Shown one piece after another: positions 33,209-41,947 of a DNA stretch of 42,063 nucleotides. The notes under the pieces are model-generated. The model worked only from the letters and a program-made list of their open reading frames with translations. It was not told the origin of the DNA and did no database searches. Positions within the stretch are counted from its first letter, which is position 1. Every line of letters starts with the position of its first letter. The stretch lies in the IMG/VR virus record IMGVR_UViG_2645727538_000003; one strand, given 5' to 3'. The translations under genes and the position numbers were made by a program. Source of the DNA: a virus.

Positions 33209-33802
33209 CTATTTTCCCACTAGAACATCAGGCAAATGAAATTCTTTTGATTCAGTCTTATGCTTTGTCCAAACACTGCTAATATTATGTTCTTTACACA
33301 TTTGGTAGGCTTCTTCACCTAAGCACTCTTTAGTTTTTTGCAGGTTTCTCACTTTTTCACCTTTGATATTGTTATCCTTCCATCCTTTGAAATAAATCTT
33401 CTCTCCATCTTCATAGGATGGACGATTCAATTCAGCTATTTCATGAATTGCAACTCTTGAATTAACATTAACCCTTTCAGGAATCTGGATATTTAATTCA
33501 TCGAAAAAGTACTTTGGTTTAAAAGGATTGTTCGGATCGTACTGTAATCCTAAAATCTCAACTAAAGCCTTGTACTGGTCTCTTTCAATGGAAGTTTTTA
33601 TATCATAATCAGTACTTACGGACACGGAAAGGCAAAACAATTCAGAACGTATACCGATTAAAAGTTTATATGGTTCAATATCAGCTAAGAATATCGCTTT
33701 AAAAAGTTTTCCGTTTTTTCTAAAATCAAACTTCACACGTTCCAAATTGTTTTCTTTCATATTCTGATGAAGAATTTCTAATCCATCTAGTTTCATGGCC
33801 AT
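33209..33802 (-). CDS. Accessory protein, DUF6037-like
   Basis: Only credible minus-strand gene; RBS AAAGGAG directly upstream on the minus strand (start may be the second Met); MKLDGL..L...MK.....R.KF.F and C...NISS.W pattern recalled as DUF6037. Confidence 0.7.
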   Translation of the reverse strand: MAMKLDGLEILHQNMKENNLERVKFDFRKNGKLFKAIFLADIEPYKLLIGIRSELFCLSVSVSTDYDIKTSIERDQYKALVEILGLQYDPNNPFKPKYFFDELNIQIPERVNVNSRVAIHEIAELNRPSYEDGEKIYFKGWKDNNIKGEKVRNLQKTKECLGEEAYQMCKEHNISSVWTKHKTESKEFHLPDVLVGK

Positions 33803-33875
33803 CTCCTTTTTTGATGTTTATCATTCAATTTTAATGTTCTATGGACTATTTTTCCACTAAACAGATGACTTTTAA

Positions 33876-33893
33876 ATAAAATTCTTCTTTTAT
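33876..33893. repeat. ATAAAA-N6-TTTTAT palindromic site
   Basis: ATAAAA ttcttc TTTTAT. Confidence 0.7.
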
Positions 33894-34043
33894 GCAAAGA
33901 CTTGACCGTTTTCATACGATTACGCCCCTTTTTCACTTAAAAATACCTTGTAAATTACAAATGATTTTACCACTTGATTCCATAATGGAAATTGTGTCAT
34001 GATGGATTTTAAGTGTTTAACAGAAAGAGTGAGGGGATCAGCA

Positions 34044-34211
34044 ATGAGTGACAAAAAATATGAATCTATACACTGGTTTGCGTCAGTACTAGCGTTTACA
34101 TTAATAATTTTGAATAGTTTTTTTATAAAAATTGAGGGTGTAACTGTTGGTATTGCGATTGCATATATAGTGATCATGGGAATTGTTAGGAGGACATGGA
34201 AAAAAGCTTAG
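34044..34211 (+). CDS. 55-aa 2-TM small membrane protein
   Basis: GAGGGG RBS before ATG 34044; two hydrophobic helices and a basic tail RRTWKKA. Confidence 0.6.
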   Translation: MSDKKYESIHWFASVLAFTLIILNSFFIKIEGVTVGIAIAYIVIMGIVRRTWKKA

Positions 34212-34305
34212 AGAGAAAAGACTGCAGAGTTTAGAAGAGAGAGGTCGCGCACTTAGAAGAATTGCTCAAATCAATTACACAATAAGAAAGGACGGTGAAT
34301 TTAGT

Positions 34306-35121
34306 TTGGATTTTCCTCAGCTCTATAACGACCCTACCCTTTCTCAAAAAAGGAAGGGTTCAATCGATGACCCTTATTTAAGCTATAGTGAAACTTTAAC
34401 TGTTTACAATGGTCGAGTCTTACTTTCAGAAGTACCTAACCGTGAGTACAGGGTCGAGGTTAGCGGTGACAGTAAAGAATGGCGAGAAATCGAAGATGGT
34501 GAATTAGAAGACAACTACTTTAAGGTTGATTACCTTATGGGAGTTGTCTTTTTCAATGGTTCAAATGAAGGTAAATCACTTACTTTTACATATCAAGGAG
34601 AAGGCGCATCCTTCTTCCCTGCCTCAAGAATATGGATTAAACGGCAAGGAAATATGGTCATTGAAACACTTCAAGGCTTAATTGATGATGCTGAAGATGC
34701 CATTATTCGTATCAACGAACGTATTGCTGAATGTGAACGTGTCACCAAGCGATGTGTTGAAATAACAAATTGGTGCAGACAAGCGACCTCAGATTATGAG
34801 TATGTAGTTGAGAACACTAGAAAGATTTACTTGCCGTTCGTGTACACCTATCAGGATTTATTGAACACTTATCCTTCCCCTCAAATTGGTTGGACTGTCA
34901 CTGTAAAAGAAACAGGCATTGAATATCGATGGGATGGTTTCGACTGGATAAATATTAGCGTGTCAGATAAGTATGATGGTTTCAACATTGTTTCCAGCTA
35001 TGTTGAGCCTTACAACATCAGATCAGTATGGTTGAGAACGAACAATGCTCCCAAAAAGATGAGGATAAAACCTTCTGTAGAACCCCCTGACGGAAGTATG
35101 GTTTGGATTAGAAAAGGATAA
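34306..35121 (+). CDS. yomF: Baseplate / tailspike-attachment protein
   Basis: TTG 34306 behind AAGGACGGTG gives 271 aa; synteny. Confidence 0.65.
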   Translation: MDFPQLYNDPTLSQKRKGSIDDPYLSYSETLTVYNGRVLLSEVPNREYRVEVSGDSKEWREIEDGELEDNYFKVDYLMGVVFFNGSNEGKSLTFTYQGEGASFFPASRIWIKRQGNMVIETLQGLIDDAEDAIIRINERIAECERVTKRCVEITNWCRQATSDYEYVVENTRKIYLPFVYTYQDLLNTYPSPQIGWTVTVKETGIEYRWDGFDWINISVSDKYDGFNIVSSYVEPYNIRSVWLRTNNAPKKMRIKPSVEPPDGSMVWIRKG

Positions 35122-35134
35122 GGAGGAGTATATA

Positions 35135-37684
35135 TTGAGCGACAATTTAATTCCCGTAAACACAATGGGTTATAAGGACGAAGAAACAGAGCAATGGATA
35201 CCCATTGATGCCATAGGGTTAAAATCAAATAATATTAGATATACTGCAGACGATATTCAAGAGGCTTTTGATAAAGCTTCTAAGGATATTAAAAACGTAA
35301 TAAGCACAGTTGATTCTGGTTTAACAGAAATCACAAACACTATTGGAGACATTTCAAAAATCCCTGCATCTGGTGCAACAATTGTTGATAAAGTCTTAAA
35401 TGAGTTTATCAGACGAAGTGTCAATGTTCAGGATTTTGGGGCTAAGGGTGATGGTGTTACTGATGACACTGAAGCTTTCAAAGCTGCCTTTGCAAGTGGG
35501 AAACGAGAGGTTTTTGTACCTGCAGGTATTTATATGGTTCAAGGATTACATATCCCTTCTTATGTCAGACTTTACGGTGTTGGATCAGGGTCTATTATCA
35601 AGCTTCATCCAACTGCTGCCGGAACATCTTGTGTGTTAACCAATAGCGACTACACAAACGGAAACGAATATATCTTAATTGAAGACTTAGACCTCGATTG
35701 GAATTTAGACAAAAAGGACAACACCATTACAAATGGAACAAATGCAAACTGTGTGGGTATTGTTAACTCTAAATTTGTTCGGGTTAGAAACGTCAATGCT
35801 CGTAATCCAGGTGTACACGGTTTTGATGTAAGCTCCCCTGTTTGGAACTCTTCTTCTGATGGAGCAGATCATTATCAGCCAAATGGTAGCAAATATGTTT
35901 GGATTGAAAATTGTACTGCAACTAATTATGGTGATGATGGCTTCACAACTCACTATTCTGATTACATCTTCTTCACTAACTGTTACGCCTATGACGCTAA
36001 TGGATCCGCCCACAGTAAAGGAGCTTCAAATTCAAATGGTTTTGAAATTGATGATGGCTCTAAAAATGTGTGGCTGGTGAACTGTTACAGTCGAAAAAAC
36101 TGTAGAGGTTTTGAAGTCAAAGCTCACAGCAGAGCACCGGCAGCAAGAAACGTAAACCTAATTAACTGCTATTCTGAAAATGATATCCGTGCATTTGACT
36201 TTAGACACATCGGCTTTCATCTAGCTTCTGAAAAACCCTCCCCAAATGCATTCGACATTAATGTCGTTAACTGCACTGCACAACATCCTATTTTCAGTGA
36301 TCTTTATCAAGGTTTAAATCCTCGCGCACTAGTCATTTCCGCTTATAGAAATGTCAACGTTTCGAACTTCAACGCAATTGGTGATCCAACCTATGATTAT
36401 AAAAACACTGCAATCATCACCACCCAATATAAAAGCAAAAATATCAACCTAAGCAACATCACTGTTTCGGGATTTACAACAGCGAGTAACGATATCTATG
36501 TAATCGGTGGAGCTCAAAAATCAGATAATGTAAACATCTCGAATGTAACCATTAACCAATCTGCTTTAGTTGGTATTGCTGTGGGAAGTAAAGTTGGCTC
36601 AGTCAATATCAATAACGTTAACATGACGGGATCAAACAAAGCAGGTTCGATAGGTGTTTACTGCACGAATTCACAAGCTAATATTAGCGCTGCGATGTGT
36701 GAACAATACGCTACTCCCAGTAAAATTGCCGGAAAAACCTACACGTTTATCCCGAATAATTTCAAGGGCGGTCTACGTGGGGCTACGACTTCTGGCTATG
36801 CTAAAACAAATACTAGTGCAGTATTAGCTTCATCGGGTGAACCTCAAGCACTTGGAGATGCCACTTTAGTTGGAGCTACTACCGGAGGATGCGTTGCAAA
36901 GGGAACAAGAACCAACGTTTTCGGCTCATCAGGCGGAAGCTCTGTAGATGGATCTCGTAGCGGTGTTTACAACTCCAATGATTCTCATATCGAGGGGCAA
37001 AATGTATCACGTGAAATCCACGCTTCTGGAGGTGTAAAACTTGGTGAAAATGATCGCTATATGGTGGTTGGCGGATATGGCGCTACTCCGTCCAGAGCAA
37101 ATATTAAATGGATGCTAAACTCCATGAATGGGGATATAACATCGGCAGGAAAGATGAATGGCGGAGCCACCTTTAGTGATTACGCTGAGTATTTTGAAAG
37201 TCTTGACGGAAAAGCAATTCCGACAGGGACAATTGTCACTCTTGAAGGAGCTAAAATTCGCCCGGCGAGAAAAGGTGAAGATGTACACGGAGTAATCTCT
37301 GAAACTGCAGGAACTATTCTAGGAGGAGCTGATATTCACTGGCAAGGTAGATATTTAAAGAATGAGTTTGGTGGATACATATATGAAGATGTGGTCAACC
37401 CAGAAACCGGTGATGTTAAGAAGCTGCCTAAAGTAAACCCTGAGTGGATTGAAAAAATAGATTACGTCCCTCGTGAAGAACGTCCTGAATGGAATATAGT
37501 AGGATTGCTTGGACAGGTTTATGTGAAAGTGGACAGTACTGTTTCTGTGGGAGATCGAATTGAAGGTAATTATGGAATCGGCACAAAAACAGAAGACAGG
37601 TTTTACTCTTGGAAGGCTATGGAGATTGTAACTCCATATTCAGACAAGCTCGGTTACGGCATTGCCATCTGCTTAATTAAGTAA
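35135..37684 (+). CDS. yomE: Tailspike: pectate-lyase-like beta-helix + peptidase G2 autocleaving chaperone (phi29 gp12 pre-neck appendage-like)
   Basis: VNVQDFGAKGDGVTDDTEAF; DYAEYFE cleavage motif; PREERPEW..VGLLGQ. Confidence 0.88.
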   Translation: MSDNLIPVNTMGYKDEETEQWIPIDAIGLKSNNIRYTADDIQEAFDKASKDIKNVISTVDSGLTEITNTIGDISKIPASGATIVDKVLNEFIRRSVNVQDFGAKGDGVTDDTEAFKAAFASGKREVFVPAGIYMVQGLHIPSYVRLYGVGSGSIIKLHPTAAGTSCVLTNSDYTNGNEYILIEDLDLDWNLDKKDNTITNGTNANCVGIVNSKFVRVRNVNARNPGVHGFDVSSPVWNSSSDGADHYQPNGSKYVWIENCTATNYGDDGFTTHYSDYIFFTNCYAYDANGSAHSKGASNSNGFEIDDGSKNVWLVNCYSRKNCRGFEVKAHSRAPAARNVNLINCYSENDIRAFDFRHIGFHLASEKPSPNAFDINVVNCTAQHPIFSDLYQGLNPRALVISAYRNVNVSNFNAIGDPTYDYKNTAIITTQYKSKNINLSNITVSGFTTASNDIYVIGGAQKSDNVNISNVTINQSALVGIAVGSKVGSVNINNVNMTGSNKAGSIGVYCTNSQANISAAMCEQYATPSKIAGKTYTFIPNNFKGGLRGATTSGYAKTNTSAVLASSGEPQALGDATLVGATTGGCVAKGTRTNVFGSSGGSSVDGSRSGVYNSNDSHIEGQNVSREIHASGGVKLGENDRYMVVGGYGATPSRANIKWMLNSMNGDITSAGKMNGGATFSDYAEYFESLDGKAIPTGTIVTLEGAKIRPARKGEDVHGVISETAGTILGGADIHWQGRYLKNEFGGYIYEDVVNPETGDVKKLPKVNPEWIEKIDYVPREERPEWNIVGLLGQVYVKVDSTVSVGDRIEGNYGIGTKTEDRFYSWKAMEIVTPYSDKLGYGIAICLIK

Positions 37685-37717
37685 CCCTTAAAATTAAAGG
37701 AGGTGGTTATGTTCTAG

Positions 37718-37735
37718 TTAAAATATAAATTTTAT
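37718..37735. repeat. TTAAAA-N6-TTTTAT palindromic site variant
   Basis: TTAAAA tataaa TTTTAT, directly after an RBS-ATG-TTC-TAG mini-ORF. Confidence 0.55.
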
Positions 37736-37782
37736 TCAATTTACAGCATTCAAAAACAGAGATAACAAGAGCATATGTGAGA

Positions 37783-37817
37783 TAAAGAGAGATTGGGATT
37801 CCACCTTCTCTCTTTTT
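37783..37817 (+). terminator. Hairpin/terminator before the endolysin
   Basis: AAAGAGAGA...TCTCTCTTT + TTT. Confidence 0.55.
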
Positions 37818-37855
37818 GTGTTCTTAAAACTAAGATTATTGGAGGAATAATTTTT

Positions 37856-39238
37856 ATGAATATCACTCAGAACCTTTTGACTCCGAATAGTTATTCAAGA
37901 CCTCGCACTGGTTTGAATAAAGTTAAAGCTGTTGTAATTCACTGGGTTGCAAATCCTGGTTCTAGCGCTGAAGGAAATCGAAATTTCTTTGAAAGCCGAA
38001 AAAGTGGAACGAACGGATACGGATCAGCACACTACATTGTAAAAGAGAACACAGTTATTCAATGTATTCCAAACAATGAAATGGCTTATCATGTAGGCTC
38101 AAATGTGTACACTCAAAGTGCACTGCGAAATCTTAGCTCGTATCCAAATAACTGCACTATCGGGATTGAAATGTGCCATAACGATATGACAGGTAAGCCT
38201 ACAGACGCAACTTATAAAACAACATTAGAGCTAGCTTGCTCCCTATTGAAAAAATATGGCCTGACTCACGAAAATCTTTGGACTCACCATCAGGTTGTTG
38301 GGTGGAAAGATTGTCATAGATATTACACTAACAATCCATCAGAATGGGTTCGATTTGTGCAAGACGCTTCTAAAATTCTAACTGGTAAATCTGTCACAAT
38401 TCCTACCCCTACTCCTGCTAACAATAAAGACCTTGAAGCTCCTGATGTTAAAACGAGAGAGTCATATATTAAGAACACAGTTATCGCAGACAGTCTTAAT
38501 GTGAGAACACAACGCAATGCAAACTCCTCTATTGTACTTACCCTTCCTAAAGGCTCTACTGTTCAATACCAAAAAGGATCAACTCAAAATGGTTGGGGTT
38601 ATATCAAATATACAAACTCCAAAGGTGCTACATATAGTGGGTACGTCAATGTAAGTTATATTAAGAGTGATGCTGAGCTTGGGAAAGGTGGCTCAAAACC
38701 CAAGACAACTCCATCTAAATCAACCGGAGTGACAAAGAAACAGGTAGTTCTTCCCGCTTCAGCTTCTTCTTGGAGAATCTATCCTCTTGGCAAAGCCCCA
38801 GTTAAAGCAAACGCTCTTTCTACTCAATTGAATCCAAAAAAATTTGGTGGATTAACCTACGACATTTTAGATAACCCTCAAACAGACGTTTACACAATTA
38901 AGACTGATCAGTTTGGTAAAGTGAATATTTATGCCGCTGCTTCAACAGGAGCTAAGATTGTGGGTACGTCTTCCCCAAAGTCTAAATCCACTCCTAAGCC
39001 TAATAGTAGTGGGGTCAAATCGGCAGGCAAAATTAAAATTGTCGGTGTAAAAAGCGCTGCAATCGTTATGGACAGACCCGATAAAAACAAAGCAAAGAAT
39101 CTTGACACCGTAAAGTTAGGTGACACGCTCAGCATTTCTGGCTCAGTAAAAGGTTCAAACAATGCTAAGGGTTACTGGGAAGTGATCTATAAAGGTAAAC
39201 GCGGCTACATCTCAGGTCAGTTTGGGTCAAAAATCTAA
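37856..39238 (+). CDS. blyA: Endolysin: N-acetylmuramoyl-L-alanine amidase (Amidase_2) with SH3b-type cell-wall-binding domains
   Basis: VVIHW, SAHY, AYHVG, IGIEMC, H...KDC motifs; LNVR SH3b; ATG behind GGAGG; name by position. Confidence 0.85.
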   Translation: MNITQNLLTPNSYSRPRTGLNKVKAVVIHWVANPGSSAEGNRNFFESRKSGTNGYGSAHYIVKENTVIQCIPNNEMAYHVGSNVYTQSALRNLSSYPNNCTIGIEMCHNDMTGKPTDATYKTTLELACSLLKKYGLTHENLWTHHQVVGWKDCHRYYTNNPSEWVRFVQDASKILTGKSVTIPTPTPANNKDLEAPDVKTRESYIKNTVIADSLNVRTQRNANSSIVLTLPKGSTVQYQKGSTQNGWGYIKYTNSKGATYSGYVNVSYIKSDAELGKGGSKPKTTPSKSTGVTKKQVVLPASASSWRIYPLGKAPVKANALSTQLNPKKFGGLTYDILDNPQTDVYTIKTDQFGKVNIYAAASTGAKIVGTSSPKSKSTPKPNSSGVKSAGKIKIVGVKSAAIVMDRPDKNKAKNLDTVKLGDTLSISGSVKGSNNAKGYWEVIYKGKRGYISGQFGSKI

Positions 39239-39256
39239 ATATATTTAAATATCTTT

Positions 39257-39303
39257 GAGGATGATTGTTGATCGAGGTATATCAATGATTATCCTCTTAT
39301 TTT
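39257..39303 (+). terminator. 16-bp hairpin between endolysin and holin genes
   Basis: GAGGATGATTGTTGAT/ATCAATGATTATCCTC + TTATTTT. Confidence 0.6.
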
Positions 39304-39352
39304 AGGAGGTGATGTAATGTCACCTTTCTATTTTATCAAAGGTTGGTGACAA

Positions 39353-39745
39353 ATGGATAACTTTGAGCAAAGCACCATTTCAAGATTAAGTGCACTTGAA
39401 GAAAAAGCTAAGCACACTGATAACAAAATTGACTCTCTTGAAGAAAGAACAAATGTTATTGGGCGTATTGCTACGCTTGTTGAGCAGCAAGTCGAAATTA
39501 ATAAGGATTCTCAAGCACAATCGAGAGAACAGTTCAGCACTCTGAACGAAATGAGCAACAGTTTAAAAAATCTGAGTAAATCATATGAAAAACTGGACAA
39601 TCGAGTTGAAATATTGGAACGCTCTGATTCTACTCGCAAAATTGATCCCTCTCAGTTTACTAAAGACCTTGTGTTTAAGGTACTGCCCAGTGTAATTGCG
39701 ACTATTGTCGCAGCCTGGTTACTCATACATTTTGGCCTTAAATAA
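39353..39745 (+). CDS. Coiled-coil protein with C-terminal TM helix (XhlA/BhlA-like lysis accessory)
   Basis: 130 aa; single C-terminal TM helix; between lysin and holin. Confidence 0.65.
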   Translation: MDNFEQSTISRLSALEEKAKHTDNKIDSLEERTNVIGRIATLVEQQVEINKDSQAQSREQFSTLNEMSNSLKNLSKSYEKLDNRVEILERSDSTRKIDPSQFTKDLVFKVLPSVIATIVAAWLLIHFGLK

Positions 39746-39765
39746 AATGAACAGGAGCGAATTTC

Positions 39766-40017
39766 ATGACTAAAATTAACTGGAAAGTAAGACTTAAAAA
39801 GAAAACATTCCTGGTTGCAATCTTCTCTGCAACTCTTTTGTTTGCACAAGCAATTGCATCAGCTTTTGGATACGATATTTCTGTTTTTAGTGATGAACTC
39901 ACTGAGAAATTTAATGCACTGCTGACATTTTTAACTGCCATGGGAATTGTGGTGGATCCAACCACTACAGGTATCTCAGATAGTGATCAAGCAATGGAAT
40001 ACACAGAACCAAAATAA
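39766..40017 (+). CDS. Holin (phi LC3 family)
   Basis: INWKVRLK...GIVVDPTT.G.SDS..A..Y..P signature. Confidence 0.9.
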   Translation: MTKINWKVRLKKKTFLVAIFSATLLFAQAIASAFGYDISVFSDELTEKFNALLTFLTAMGIVVDPTTTGISDSDQAMEYTEPK

Positions 40018-40020
40018 TTC

Positions 40021-40046
40021 GGGGGAGTTCATCTCCCCCTTTTTTT
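40021..40046 (+). terminator. Terminator after the lysis cassette
   Basis: GGGGGAG-ttcat-CTCCCCC + T7. Confidence 0.85.
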
Positions 40047-40073
40047 CATTTTTAATTAAGAAAGGAATGATTA

Positions 40074-40361
40074 TTGAACATGCAAATAGGATCTGGATAT
40101 ATCGGGAGTCCAATGCTTGAGAAGTCAGAGTCTAACCATGAAGTAATCCCTTCCCCACCTGCAACCTGGACGATTAAATATTCTTTCTATAAATTCAGCT
40201 TTTCGAATGATCAGGAATGCCACGTATCAATCAATGGTGGAAATCCTATCTATTTAAGAGCTGGACAAGGCTTTCAAATGGACGCTCACGATTCACCTAT
40301 CACAAGCTTCAAAATTTCTGAGTCAGGAATAACATATAATTTTTTGGGGGCGCATAAATGA
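40074..40361 (+). CDS. Hypothetical beta-rich protein
   Basis: 95 aa; AAAGGA RBS; overlaps the next gene by 4 nt. Confidence 0.65.
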   Translation: MNMQIGSGYIGSPMLEKSESNHEVIPSPPATWTIKYSFYKFSFSNDQECHVSINGGNPIYLRAGQGFQMDAHDSPITSFKISESGITYNFLGAHK

Positions 40362-40636
40362 GTTTTTTCAATCCAATGGTTAATGTCTCAATTGTCACTG
40401 GGAAGTCTGCTTATGATATTGCAGTGGACAATGGTTTTTCAGGAACTGTAGAGGAATGGTTAGCTTCACTAAAAGGTGAAAAAGGCGATACTGGAGCTAC
40501 AGGAGCAACCGGGGTTAAAGGTGCTACTGGCGCTGCCGGTAAAGATGGAAAATCAGCATATGAATTAGCCGTTCAACAAGGTTTCTCAGGAACATTAGAT
40601 GAGTGGCTTGCTTCTCTAAAAGCAACAGCAAACTGA
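40358..40636 (+). CDS. Short collagen-like protein
   Basis: G-X-Y run flanked by two GKSAY..AV..GFSGT..EWLASLK repeats. Confidence 0.75.
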   Translation: MSFFNPMVNVSIVTGKSAYDIAVDNGFSGTVEEWLASLKGEKGDTGATGATGVKGATGAAGKDGKSAYELAVQQGFSGTLDEWLASLKATAN

Positions 40637-40642
40637 TCACAT

Positions 40643-40671
40643 CCCTTCTCTAACGAGAAGGGTATTTTTTT
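40643..40671 (+). terminator. Intrinsic terminator
   Basis: CCCTTCTC-taac-GAGAAGGG + TATTTTTTT. Confidence 0.8.
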
Positions 40672-40786
40672 CGTTTCGTTCACAATCAAATTATTGGTTT
40701 GTTTTTAATTTTCACTCAAATCCCCTTTACATTTCTTTCCTCTAATGCAACTATATAATAAAATGAATATGAAAGGGGTTTAGGAC

Positions 40787-41947
40787 TTGAAGAGTGAAAA
40801 GGTCATTCCTTATGATTTAGTAGCAACAAAGATGAATCATTGGTATGTGGCTATTAAAAAGAATTGGGTCGGTAGAGCAGAAGACATGCGTAAAGAAGTT
40901 ATGCAGGAAATAAAAGTTATGGAAGAAAACCAAGATGTTTTACTATACTACTCCCTACTTGAGTTTAGACATAAGCTAATGTTGGCATATATGTATCCTA
41001 ACGCTATAAAAGACATTGAGAAAAATTATGGTGAGTTAAAAACATATGAAGGTCATGAAAACTTAACAGGAATGCTCGAATATTACTATTATTTTTTCAT
41101 GGGCATGTTCTATTTTAGACAAAAGGAGTTGGCTTTCTCCCTTAATCACTATAGACAAGCTGAGAGGTATTTGGATTCAATTGAGAGCGAAGATATTGAA
41201 GTTGAAAAAGCTGAATTTTATTTTAAATTGTCAGAAGTGTATTACCACATGAAACAGACTTATTTTTCAATGAATTATGCCATGAGGGCTTACGATATAT
41301 TTAAAAAGCAACCTGCTATTGACGGGAGCTCTACATACGGGGTACAAAAGGTACGCTGTCAATTCGTCATATTTGGTAATTTATTGGACAGTATGAAGTT
41401 TGATGAAGCTTTAAAGCAAGCATACAAAGCGTATCAGGAAGCAGTAGAGCTTAACAAAAGTGAAAAGAATCGTGGGCATTTGATGCGTTCAGCACTGTTT
41501 AATATTGGATTATGTTATAATCAAATGGAAGAACTTGATAAAGCATTTTTTCACTTTAATAAGTCACTTCAAATCATTGAGCCGGAAAATCATGATTACG
41601 CTGCTAAAACATTATTTGTTATCTCCTTCTTAAAGGGAAGGCAAAATGACATTGGAAACGCAAAAAAATTTTATGAACAGGCCAAACAGTTGGCTGAACG
41701 GCATAACAATGAAATGGTACTTGAAAAGTTAAAAATGGTTAAAGGACTTTTCTTGGACTATGATTTAGACTTAGTTAGGAAAACATTCGAGTTCTTCAAA
41801 GAAAGAAGTATATACCCTGACATGGAAAGCTATGGTGTCTCTGTAGCAGATTTTCTCACTGGAAAACAGGATGCTTGGGGTGCAGTTGAATTTTATCGTT
41901 TGGCAAATGAAGCAAGAAGACAAATCAAAAGGGGAGAAGCAATATGA
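40787..41947 (+). CDS. rap: Rap-family TPR response-regulator aspartate phosphatase
   Basis: IPYD.V...MN.WY..I, MEENQDVLLYYSLL.FRH, L.GML.YYYYFF.GM, EKAEFYFK motifs. Confidence 0.93.
   Translation: MKSEKVIPYDLVATKMNHWYVAIKKNWVGRAEDMRKEVMQEIKVMEENQDVLLYYSLLEFRHKLMLAYMYPNAIKDIEKNYGELKTYEGHENLTGMLEYYYYFFMGMFYFRQKELAFSLNHYRQAERYLDSIESEDIEVEKAEFYFKLSEVYYHMKQTYFSMNYAMRAYDIFKKQPAIDGSSTYGVQKVRCQFVIFGNLLDSMKFDEALKQAYKAYQEAVELNKSEKNRGHLMRSALFNIGLCYNQMEELDKAFFHFNKSLQIIEPENHDYAAKTLFVISFLKGRQNDIGNAKKFYEQAKQLAERHNNEMVLEKLKMVKGLFLDYDLDLVRKTFEFFKERSIYPDMESYGVSVADFLTGKQDAWGAVEFYRLANEARRQIKRGEAI

Noticed and set aside
41868-41891. SigH promoter for phr inside rap (AGGA-N16-GAAT)
   Set aside because: Spacing is shorter than consensus and the -35 flank is poor; not supportable from sequence alone
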